From assembly GCA_010093705.1 (NCBI GenBank), contig MU006095.1:1274663-1294662 (forward strand): a DNA stretch of 20,000 nucleotides, read 5' to 3'. The notes under the pieces were generated by a model. That model saw only the letters and a program-made list of their open reading frames with translations, was not told the DNA's origin and searched no databases. This document shows positions 1 to 10,543 of this stretch, in pieces (the first letter of the stretch is position 1; the number at the start of each line of letters is the position of its first letter). The DNA comes from Patellaria atrata CBS 101060 (taxonomy: Eukaryota). A program made the translations under genes and the position numbers.

Positions 1-161
1 TTACTACAGGGAAAGGAATATCTAACTTCTCGCATACCTCCATCGCCCATTCAATACCCGTCACTCATCAGATACTTTCTTCCTCACTCCCCCTTCCCGC
101 TATACTCACAAAATCCCATTCCATCCCATACCGTCCTATCCTCCCGTCCAACCCTAGAAAA

Positions 162-197
162 ATATCCCTCATATCCCTCATATCCCTCATATCCCTC
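162..197. repeat. Tandem repeat (ATATCCCTC)x4, followed by degenerate copies to about 217
   Basis: Read directly: four perfect 9-mers at 162, 171, 180 and 189. Confidence 0.9.
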
Positions 198-377
198 ATA
201 ACCCCCTCATATGCCCCCAATCCATTCTAGGGTTTTTTTTTTACACAAGGGGCATGATATATCCTGCTCCTTTCTGCCCAGTGATTGCGGATAGTCCACG
301 CCTCTGGTCTCGGATCTGTAGTCTCGTTTTGGAGGAGTGCGTTGTATCGATCTGTTATCTCATACACCTACGGTTTA

Positions 378-403
378 TACAGTACAGTACAGTACAGTAC
401 AGT
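378..403. repeat. Microsatellite (TACAG)x5
   Basis: Read directly: tacag repeated five times from 378 to 402. Confidence 0.9.
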
Positions 404-580
404 GCAATAAACGTCTATCAATCGAACAATACTCAGGGGTTTAAAGTAGGGCTTACGATATGGAAAGACAAGGTGTAAATATATCCAAATAGAACTGAAA
501 TAACTAAATTTAAAGTGACATAACGAAGCATACTAAACATTACAACGGGACGTGTCCTTTACCAGCGAAGAAGTGCCATA

Positions 581-1664
581 TCACAGAGTGATAACCTTCT
601 CACCCTGCTTCGGCGGCCTACAACAAAACAGAATCGAGTCGACCAAACTCGCCAACCCGGCAACGAAAGGGATGAGCTGACCTGGCGTGCCCATGTCTCC
701 GAACGGTTCGAGATTGTTATACTGAATCGTCATTTCGGCCGTCGCGACGAAGAAGGGAAACATGATGAGACCGGTGACGGTAGGATACAAAAGTTGCGAT
801 GCGAGATTTGAGCGGCCTTCACCGGAGATAGTCTGAAAAGTGAGTTAGTACCTGGGCCAAGTCTGTAGTTGAAAGAATGCGAGTACATACCCATTCATCG
901 TCATCCAAAATGTCGTTCCACCACCACTTCGAAATCGGTATGACTGCTTTCGTCAAAGAATTGTATACGGAGAAAAGTACCAAAAACGATGAAAGAGCCG
1001 TCAGAGCCGCCATCATTTTCCAATACCAGCCATCGATCGACACTCGAGTAAAAAACCATGTCACGTTAATCGTGTCCAGTTTGGGTAATTTGGATCGTCC
1101 TACGGGCCAGAACCACATAAAAACACCGTTGAACCACAATGAGGTCGCATTGTAGAGAACCAAGCCGAGAGCGTTCCCTCGAATGCCTGAATTGATGATG
1201 CTGGTCCCTACAGTGGTCATATTGGTGCCGAGAATATTGCAGATGACCAGTGTCTCTGCGGCACTGATATCTTTTTTAATAACCAGTCGGCACCATGCAG
1301 CAAGCACGGAGATGAAAATGACTGTCGAAAAGATCATCGGTGGCCCACCTGCTGGAGAACGGAGTGGCCTGATCATAATGATCATACCTGCGATGGATTG
1401 AAGATAAAGTCCAACACGGATGCCGATGCCGTAAGTATCCTGAGCTGCGTCGGGATTGCCAATTACCCTCCGGGAAACTAGATGTTTCGGTAGAGTCTGT
1501 GAGGTATGGCTGAATATGAGAACTGCAGTGAGTCCGATGCAGAAGACAATCGATGTGCACATGAACGGCACAAACACATTTCTCCTTGAGGTAGTTTTTT
1601 CTTTCTCCAAGCTATATGTAGCTACCGACAATGACCGCTGCCCTGGGTATGCTTGTAAATCCAT
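581..1664 (-). CDS. Uncharacterized fungal multi-pass membrane protein, about 341 aa, 2 exons: complement(join(581..832,891..1664))
   Basis: ORFs 819-1664 and 581-790 join in frame across a 58-nt intron (890-833) with a GTATGT donor, TACTAAC branch point and CAG acceptor. The protein has several hydrophobic segments and the motifs GNPD..YGIGIRVGLYLQ and EMTIQYN..GQLIPF, which I associate with a family of hypothetical fungal membrane proteins. Confidence 0.85.
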
Positions 1665-3320
1665 GGCTCGTACCCGTTTTGCGAAATGTGACCAGTAGAA
1701 AAAAGATCACTGTGTGGACTGATGTAATTTATGTTTTCGATTAATGGCCAACATTTGAGTCAAGAGAACTTTATTATATATTTATTTGGCTACATTTGAA
1801 CAACCACCTCATTTTGTCGAAAGAGCCTCAATCAGGCTGTGGCTGTGGCTGTAATTCCGACCCTCATAGGTCTTCTGCAGACTTGGCAATACACGCCACC
1901 ACGAAATTCGACAAACACCATGAGGCTATGTGAAGCAGAGAAGAAATGACCAATCATACAGGCAATACGAGGCCATTAAGCGCATTTTTTTTTCGAAAAA
2001 GGTTGCAGAACATGTTTTTGTTGAAGCAAGGCTAAGCGAAAACCATTCGCAGTCCACTACGGTACACGCAAATGGAATGAAAGCTGAGAAAGAGAAGTCG
2101 AGAACTTCGACCGGTTTGACGAATATGGAAGTGATGTTTGTTAAAGGGATCCGACTTACCCGTTCTGTTTTATAGCCATATCTATTGAACGTTCAACGCC
2201 AGCCACAAAGTGATGGTAAAAATATCCTGACTTGTGTCGTCATCGTCGCTGAATAGTTCAACCAAAAACATAATAAGGAGTATACGTTTTCTTCTCAAGC
2301 AGCATGCAACCTCGACGGAGGCCGCCGAAAAAAAAGAAGATTATACCTACGAAACAGTCTCATGAGACAGAGTAGCACGCGATGTACCTGATAGACATTT
2401 GGACTGAAGAGAATAGGGCGCTCAACAACCGACATATTGTAGATATTACCATAACGTAATGGAAGGAGGATGCTCTTTGATAATAAGCAGTAAACGATGT
2501 TACGAATTGTGAAAGAAATGACTCTGAAGATGGATATGGTCTCATCCTGTTAAGCGCAACTTCAATCAATAGGAATTTTTAATAAACGACGTGCATTTGT
2601 GAGTTCAGTGTTAAATGGCGGAAATGTCGGATTCCGGCAAGATTTCGTAGATTTTTAGTTCGAATATATATCGAGATGCCTGAAGGTAAGGTGGAGTAGT
2701 AAACGGACCCGGGGGGATTTCAGAGTGGAACCTCACTGTGGACGATTACGGACCTCTAAAAGGTATGAAATGGCATGGACAAGGTATTTGCACAGTACAG
2801 TAGAAGTACTAATGAACCTGTTGGTGTTTCACGGATCCACGTCGCGTTGAGTGAGTTTGACGGTACTGCGGGTGCAGCTGACTGTGGTCGGGGAGCTAAC
2901 ATGCTGTTTTTGACTGTCATGAGCTGAGCGTCGCGGAGAACCAATTCTCCATTGCCGGATTAGGGAAACGCGAAGACAAAAAGGAGGCTGCAGGCTAATA
3001 ACGAAGATGGGAAGAATAAAGAGCGATGAGGTGTATGCTTGGATGGCTTGGTGCAAGGGAAAAGAACAGGAGCCGCCGGATCAAGGCGAAATGCTGGTTC
3101 TAACAATGCTTCCATGGATGCTGCTGAGTGCTGACGAGGGAGGGAACGAGAAAAGGCAGTCGATGGTGAAAGGGCTCGCACCTCAGACTATAATTGGGCC
3201 CGGATCAAGGAATTTTTGTCGCAATGTGCCACCTCGACTCGACCGGCGACAAAGAGAGAAAACAATCAGAGAGTAGAAGATAATAAATAAGGGAAGTAGA
3301 AAGTAAAAGATGAAGATGCA

Positions 3321-3366
3321 TTCTAAGGAAAGAGAGATTCTAGGAAAGAGAGATTCTAGGAAAGAG
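3321..3366. repeat. About 2.8 tandem copies of the 16-bp unit TTCTAGGAAAGAGAGA
   Basis: Read directly: ttctaaggaaagagaga / ttctaggaaagagaga / ttctaggaaagag. Confidence 0.8.
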
Positions 3367-3373
3367 TGGGTTG

Positions 3374-3381
3374 CACGTGAC
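3374..3381. promoter_or_regulatory. CACGTGAC E-box (Cbf1/bHLH-type site) upstream of the Ies4-like gene
   Basis: Exact motif about 480 bp upstream of the start, ahead of a C/T-rich leader. It is a single short match and could be chance. Confidence 0.3.
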
Positions 3382-3854
3382 CCGAGCTCTCTCACTTCAT
3401 CATGATCTTCCTGCGACAATTCAGAAGTGCTTGGGCGAACCTTAAGGGCTCAATAACGGTAAGTCAAACAACAAGCGACTCGCACCAATATGACGGCCAG
3501 CCCCAGCTTCAACCTTTTTAATCATGCATCCACCTCACACTTGTCCTCTCCTCACCCATTCAACTCCAACTCTTCAACTCACTTCCTCAAAACACCAAAA
3601 CTCCCATCGCCGCCATCCCCTTCTATCACCCTTACCGCAAACGAGAGATACGCTCGCGCCCCTTTCACGCTCCACCAACTCACGCTTCGGCCTGACTGAC
3701 TGACCTTGCACGCCAACGGTCGCTTTGAACGGTCACGACCTCCCTTTCAACCCACTTTTACCTCCGAATTTCATTCATCCTCAACACTAGGCATTCACGA
3801 CGAACAAAACAATCTCGCGATAATTCGTCAATGTCGCCTTCCACCACACTCACC

Positions 3855-4827
3855 ATGTCTTCCTCGCCTAAATCCACAAATATGGCAAAATCTAAGCTGG
3901 TAAAACTCGTCCTATCGAGTGAAGCACTCAAACGGTTCCCTCACGAAGCACCTGTTCGTAAAGAGTCGCGATCAAAGTCATCTTCATCGTCTACCTCAAC
4001 GCCAGCAGAGCACGTAGTCGATGCTTCACCACTCACCATCCCTTCCGAGATGAACGAGTCGCCAGCACCCAATGGCACTGCCAACCCCTTACCATCTAAT
4101 CCATCCTCGGACAATGCGACATCAACATCTCAAGCTGCAAATGGCCTTAAGAGGAAAGGGATTCCTGGCCCAAAACCAGGCTCCAAGAGAGGTCCTCCCT
4201 TGACCGCAGATGGCCTCCCCAAACCTCGAGGAAAGCCTGGACCTAAAAAGAAGCCAAGATTGTAAGTCTACAGCTACCCCAGAATCTATTCACAACATAT
4301 GTTCCCGTCCTTAGATGCATTGAATGGCTGAACCAGCAATGTATCAGCTTACACGCGTCTCTGATCCAATCATTCCATCACATATACTATCGTAATGAAA
4401 ACTAACATTATTCTGTAGGGGCGACTTCAATGGCGACCCTATGCTTCTCAAGGCTGCGTTGGGGAGCATGACAACCACGCAAAAACTGGGTCCCAAAGCC
4501 AACCAAGGCGCCATCAATGCCGGTCTACGCGCTCTCGACAGGTCTGGCAAACCTTGTCGTAAATGGGAAAGGCAAGGACTTCAACTCAAGAGCTTCACTG
4601 GAGTCGTCTTCAATGTTCCACTCTGGAGAGCTCCTAGGAAGGTCAACGTCGATGAGAATGGCGATGTCAAGAGTGACACTACTGGTTCGAGCGAAGCTAA
4701 ACCGAACAATGACAGCAGTGCTGTCCCAAGCGAAAAGAGCAATGGGAATGTAGACACCCCTAATATAGAGCAGGCAGCGGTCAATATTGTTGGCTCACCT
4801 AGCCCTGCTGTCGCCACACCAGCCTGA
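3855..4827 (+). CDS. IES4: INO80 chromatin-remodelling complex subunit Ies4-like (DUF1711) protein, about 271 aa: join(3855..4261,4419..4827); alternative start at 3831
   Basis: Contains the motif KLGPKANQGAINAGLRALDRSGKPCRKWER..LKSFTGV.F..P.W, preceded by basic KRKGIPGPKPG and KPRGKPGPKKKPRL segments. Intron 4262-4418 (GTAAGT..ACTAAC..TAG) joins the two ORFs in frame. The ATG at 3855 has a CACC context. Confidence 0.85.
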
Positions 4828-5928
4828 GTGAGGATCAACAAATCGGTAAGCACATTGTACTCCTTTCTTCAACATTCCTAAACTTCTTATCCTCGTTTAT
4901 GTCTCGCTCAGTTGCGCTTACCCGATCCTATGATCTTACATTATAATTCAAGTCATATTCAGTGCTAACCATATGATAGGACTACATTTCTTATCATATA
5001 TGCGGGACTGGTTCCTGCTTATCCATACTCTTTACACACTATCAAAAGTATCTTTAAAGGTTTCGAACCCTCTTCGATGCTCATTCTTCCTTCTTCGAGC
5101 ATTTTCTCACGTTACTGGCGTATATTGTGGAACGGGGTTCTATTCGGGTGGCATGGTCTATTGGGCGTTCTGAAAAGGAGCATTTTATGAGCTGGCGCGT
5201 TCAGATGCTAGTTCACATTGCAGGACGTTGGCGTATGACCTGGGGGAATCTGGAGGAGAGACCTGGAATAGGTCTTGGATGGTCTTACATTCACGGCATT
5301 GGGCCGTATCTGTATAATATCACAAGATTTGGAGCTTGCATGTCGTGTCATGGTGGCGTGTATTTGCTAACATGTAATTGTTTGCCTTTTGAGTAGCATC
5401 TGTGACTCGCTCAGCTATGAGTGATTCGCGGTGAGGGGCATCGGGTGTGCATGCTCTATGTTCGATGTACCTCAATCAAAAACCCCCCTTCCGCCCCCCC
5501 GCTATCTCAGTAGACAACGTCACGATACGGAAGATTATACCTGTCAAAGAGCTTTCGATTGATCCCGGAAAATGCCCAAATCTACCATTCCTGCAACTGT
5601 AACAACGTATAGTGTGCCTGGTCGCCATTGATACCCTGCCCTGACCAGCGCTCTTGCCACCTCCAACCTTCAACGTGATTCCCCAGCAAACCTCCCGTCC
5701 TACTTCACTCTCAGTATCACGGTATTAACGGCAAACATTCAGTTATCACCATCATTATCGTCCGAGCCTCCTACGCAGATACAATAACCTCGTTCTTTGA
5801 GCTTCTTGCAAGGTGACCTTAGCTCCATCGGGAGCAGGGCATCACCAGTCCCGGCATCTCCCATAGCGTTTCCGTAGCTCTTACTCTGTCACTAGACATA
5901 TCATCAACTGTTCTCCTCAAAGCTAACA

Positions 5929-8286
5929 ATGTTTCGAAGATCTTCGTATGCCTCAGTCGCCGCGGGAACCGCGGCCTCCACATCCCCACAGCCCTTCCAG
6001 TCTAGACCTAACACCTTATCACCCATGATGAACCCAACTTACAGCGGGGCGAATTCCCTCCCATATTCAACACACCATTCGCGACACCCGTCAAGAGGTA
6101 TGGACGTAGAAGGACATCATAATGCAGGTTCTTGGGGAAGAGGCGGTCAGCTCCCATCATATTCGAGCCAGTATGGCTATTCATCAAATGGTTCCGGTGG
6201 CGGAGCATATGACGGATTGCATGAGACTTTCTTCATACCATCCTACCTGAGGGGATCGAGGCATATGGAACGGTTAGAGGAAGCATACAAAGCACGCGTC
6301 GCTGCTCAGAGAGAAATGAAGTCTTCGCACTCCAACCCTGGTTCGCTATCCGCGAGTTCGAGCAGCGTAAACCTTCATAAGATGGTACCCTCGCATCGTG
6401 GGATGACACACGACATAATAGAAAGAGCACCTGCTCATAATGAGCCCAAATACGCTCCTTTACCCATGCGGTGGAGTGAATCAGATATGGTAGGACTCGA
6501 ATTACAAGCGGACGGGCTCGAAGTAAGATTTGGCGGCTCGAGTAAAACACACGATGATGCAGCATCGATAAGAGCAGATCATTGTATGCCACGGCAATGC
6601 GGAATATACTATTACGAGGTCACAGTTGTATCCAAAGGGAAAGAAGGGTGGGAGACCTCCCGTGGGTATAAAAATTGGGACTATTCTAACTGATTCAATG
6701 ATATAGGCTCATTGGCGTCGGTTTCTCCGCGAAAGGAGTACCCCTGAATAGATTACCTGGTTGGGAGCCACGCTCGTGGGCGTACCATGGGGATGATGGC
6801 TACAGCTTTTGTCAAACCGCACAAGGTAAAGCATATGGACCCAAATTTTCCACTACAGATGTTATAGGCTGTGGTATAAATTTCCGAACCAATTCTGCTT
6901 TCTTCACAAAGAATGGAATATATCTAGGTATGTCAATCCTTACAGTTAGAAAAAAAGTGTGCTTAGTTGTATCAGGAACCGCTTTTAAGGATATCCTTAA
7001 GGAGGAGGATCTCTATCCCTCGGTCGGTATGAAAAAACCCGGAGAGCATCTAAGAGTAAACTTCGGGCAGTCTCCATTCATATTTGACATTGATGGGATG
7101 ATGAGGGTTCGTAAGCAAATCCGCTTTTCATCTGATCAAAACTAAATTTTTATCCAGCAAGAGAAAAAGATGATTCAGGACGAAATTAACAAAGCAGATG
7201 TCGCATCGCTACATCCTCCACTCGACGAGACAGCACTAATCCATGAGCTAATCGCTCAGTACCTCGCCCACGACGGGTACGTCGAAACAGCACGTGCATT
7301 CGCCCATGAAGTACGCGCAGAGTCGCAAGCCCTCGCAAATGGGAACACTAACGCAACGATTAAAGAACTCGATCCCGCCGACGACATCGATGGTGTAAAC
7401 CGGCAACGTATGTTCCCCTTGTAAGCGCAGTCTCAAATTCTAAAGACTGACGGTAGACTAGGGATACGAATGGCAATCCTCGACGGCGACGTCGACAAAG
7501 CTCTCAAATACACAAAATCGTTTTACCCGCGCGTCCTACGCGAAAATGAAAACATCTACTTCAAACTCAAATGCTGCAAGTTCGTCGAAATGGCACGGCG
7601 GTTCGTGGAACAACAATCGGCAAATGCGCCGTCTTCGAATCGGGCCACCAGCAACGGCAACGCCACGAGCAACGGACATAGAAATCAAAATGGCAAAGCG
7701 CCCGTCATAAACGATTACGATGATGATGTCTTCGACCACCAGATGGAGCTTGATGACCAGCTGATCCATAACGGCGGCAGCGGGGACTGGGAACGCATGG
7801 ATATGGAGGACAGCCAACCGCATGAATCTCGAGCTACAGGGGAGAAGGAGCAACAGGGAGATCTGATGGTCGAGTTGTTCAAATACGGCGCCGAGCTCAA
7901 GACGGAGTTCAAGGATGACCCTAGGCGAGAGACGAAACAGACGCTCGATAGCATATTCGCGATTATCGCGTATCCGGACGTGAGGGAGAGTCCGGTGAAT
8001 CAGTTACTCGACGTTTCGGGGAGAGTAGCGGTGGCGGAGGAGTTAAACGGGGCTATTCTAGGTGAGTAGTTGAACATTTCTCCCATTCAGACACTGGAGA
8101 AGGGGGGTGGGATGGCAGTGCGGCAACAGGAGATCATGGCTAATGTGTACAACAGTGAGTCTAGGCAAATCATCGTCAGCAGCCCTCGAGCGCCTCTGTC
8201 AGCAAAGCGAAGCTCTCGTCAACGAGCTCGCGGGCGATGGTGGACCCGGCGCTTTCATCAACGTCAGGAAGGACTTTTTGCTGTAA
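5929..8286 (+). CDS. RanBPM/RanBP9-10-like (Gid1/Vid30-type) SPRY-LisH-CTLH-CRA protein, about 683 aa: join(5929..6647,6707..6927,6976..7106,7158..7407,7462..8061,8156..8286)
   Basis: SPRY motifs CGIYYYEVTV, IGVGFS, LNRLPGWEPRSWAYHGDDG, DVIGCGINF..FFTKNG and LYPSVGMKKPGEHLRVNFGQSPFIFDID. LisH motif LIAQYLAHDGYVETARAF, CTLH motif RIRMAILDGDVDKAL, and CRA-like end VAEELNGAILVSLGKSSSAALERL. Five GT-AG introns give a 2052-nt CDS ending in TAA at 8284-8286. Confidence 0.92.
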
Positions 8287-9273
8287 TCATCTCGTTTCCT
8301 CTTCTTGTTCTGCGTGTGGATCTGGGAAGGCAAGGAGAGATATCCCCCACTGTGACGGCTGGCGTTGGTGTGAATTTGCCAGGCATCGCTACTGGAATGG
8401 GTTTGTTTGCAATAGTTTGGGAAGAGAGCTTTGCGGTTAGGAGAATTTGTTGTGCTTGCTTCGACGGCGGCGGAGTGTTTGTTTGATAGTGCAGTATGCA
8501 GAGGAATCTTAGGAAGAGCGTGGAGTAGAGTCTTCTGATCCAGGTGTGGAATGAGCATTGCGTTTTGAGTATCACTGGTCCCGATTGGTCTGCGATATCC
8601 TGTCTACGGTACTTCTTCAGGCCCGCTTTTCATCGTACCTGTTCGGCTTTGTAAGTCTGAACTGGACTTGGATATCTTACTCCATCTGGCATCTAGACCG
8701 TGATACTTTTTACGGTTTAGTACGGTACGAGTAATGTACCTTTGCATACCTCCAAACTTTCCCGCCCACGCTATTGGATGAGGGGTTCTAGATCATCCCG
8801 GTGTGGATCATTGCATCTTCATGCGCTGCCCTGTCAGGTCCCGCTGCATGATTCGCGCACGGTCGATATGGAAATGTCGATACGGCTTTTGGGTTTTTGA
8901 CAGATGGTGGAATGTTATGTTGACTGTGATACTGTCGATAGCTGGAGATATGAGTATGAAGTGTGTGGTACTGTACCCTAAGGTTGAGGTTCAAGTTGTT
9001 AAACTAATGACAGTTGGATTTCAGCTTCAGCCAGGCAGTACCCCTCAAAGTTTGGGGGTATCAAATGGGGATATGAGTTCGTGAAGTGGAATTTGTTTAT
9101 CTATAACTTCGTCTCGTCTCTTAGGTTCACCATCCCTAGCCGAGGATGTAGAACTCCCTACCGAAGACCTATGAGATCGAGCAGCCTGAATAACGAAGTC
9201 GTCACTCAGGACTCGAGAACCACGGTCAGACTCAACCGAAAGATACCAAATTGACACCCAACCGTTCTAATCG

Positions 9274-10543
9274 CTATTCCCCACTACGAGAAAGGCAGAC
9301 CTGGCTCTCCCCCTCAAACCGCGCATGCGTCAACGCCCGCTCTGCCGTCAACCGACCGCTCGGATCCAGACTCATGAGCCCTTAAATCAAATCCTTGAAG
9401 CCCGGGTCGACAACCGTCCACGTCTCCAATAGCCTATACGTTTTCTGTAGCTCGGAGAGTTCATCACAAATAATTGGCCAAGGCCGTGACGTCGTCGAGC
9501 GAGTATTGAATATGCTTCATCAGACCCTTCAGACCGTCCGCGTCGCCAAAATAGGCGGCTTGTAGCTTCAGGCGGATGAGGGAGGGATGGTCGCTCTGTG
9601 CTCCTTTCATGGGGTTAGCGTGGGAGGGGTCAAATATGATATTATTAAGCATGGTGAAGATGTACTGGGTATGTTAGCAAAGGGTTGTTGAGGTGGATAT
9701 ATTCTTCTCTGTCGATGGGCTTTTGGGTGACTGTAAGCTTGTTGAGCACAAGTACATATTGTCAGGGTCTTCCCTCATGATGCCGCCCGTGTTTGTGTAG
9801 TAGTGTTGGGAAGATAGCTTGTTACAGCTCATAGCAAGGCAGAGAGTGTCACAAGAAAGGGGAAGACTTGGATGTAGGTGCTCACCACGGCTCCGAATGA
9901 AAGAAATGTCGGTCGACTTAGTGATTCCAGCTTTGAAGTAGGTTTCTGGACTTCGCCAGTTGTCGCTGCCGACCGGCTCGTCCTTGATGAACCATGCACC
10001 TGGAAGATGCGCCGCGTTTTCTAGATCAGTGATCTGGACCTGGTCGATTACCAGCTCACTACCGTCATAACGGCAGTTGACCACGATGTTCTCTGGTTTG
10101 ATATCTAAGATAGTTTGGCTATGGAGTGGAAGTTTATCCCTGGTGATTTACCTAGGTGTGCAATCTCACGCTCGTGCAGTTCAGAAATTCCTTGAAGACA
10201 AGTTTTGAGTACCTTTTTAGCTGCCTTCCGCGGGATTTGCCTCTGGACGAGGCCCAAAAGGTCAATCGTGAAGTACTGGTACACAAGGACACTAAGACCG
10301 AGGATGTTGTCGCAAGGTAATCTTATGTGTTGAGTTTGCGAGAGCAAGGGAAGCATGCTACTATTGAATCTAAACCATTTCGGCGCAGGAATGTATTTCA
10401 ATATGAAGAGTTTTTCTCCAGAACTTATAAATGATCAGATGAACCACAAGACATTATCAGGAAAGAGGCTCGAACCTGTATAGATCTGTTTCTTGTCGGA
10501 TCTTCTGCATAAAATCATATCGTTTTCCGCTAACACCAAACAT
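9274..10543 (-). pseudogene. Disrupted fungal Ser/Thr protein kinase gene
   Basis: After splicing introns 10475-10424, 10151-10105 and 9885-9665, the frames give FILK (VAIK-equivalent), LHEREIAHLDIKPEN, ITDLENAA (DFG-equivalent), GSDNWRSPE, TDI[F]SFGAV and FKDLI*GLMSLDPSGRLTAERALTHARF. Lesions: a frameshift near 9903, a frameshift with TGA near 9465, and an in-frame TAA at 9384-9382. Confidence 0.82.

Noticed and set aside
2959..2965. TTAGGG as a telomerase RNA template or telomeric repeat
   Set aside because: It is a single hexamer without the 1.5-repeat template (TAACCCTAA) and without tandem copies.
3321..3366. TTC..GAA repeats as heat-shock elements
   Set aside because: The spacing is TTC-N3-GAA, not the TTC-N2-GAA of a canonical heat-shock element.
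4262..4418. The longer Ies4 intron as a C/D snoRNA host (two CTGA motifs)
   Set aside because: No RTGATGA C box or terminal stem was found.
8061..8160. Apparent [D1,2] stwintron: removing intron 8062-8155 joins G + TGAGT to form a new GTGAGT donor
   Set aside because: The downstream sequence encodes the expected C-terminus (VSLGKSSSAALERL..AFINV), so GTG AGT is simply Val-Ser, and I saw no convincing second branch point and acceptor.
8070..8575. Overlapping ORFs of 103-138 aa on both strands
   Set aside because: They overlap the last intron, last exon and 3' UTR of the RanBPM-like gene and show no coherent protein features.
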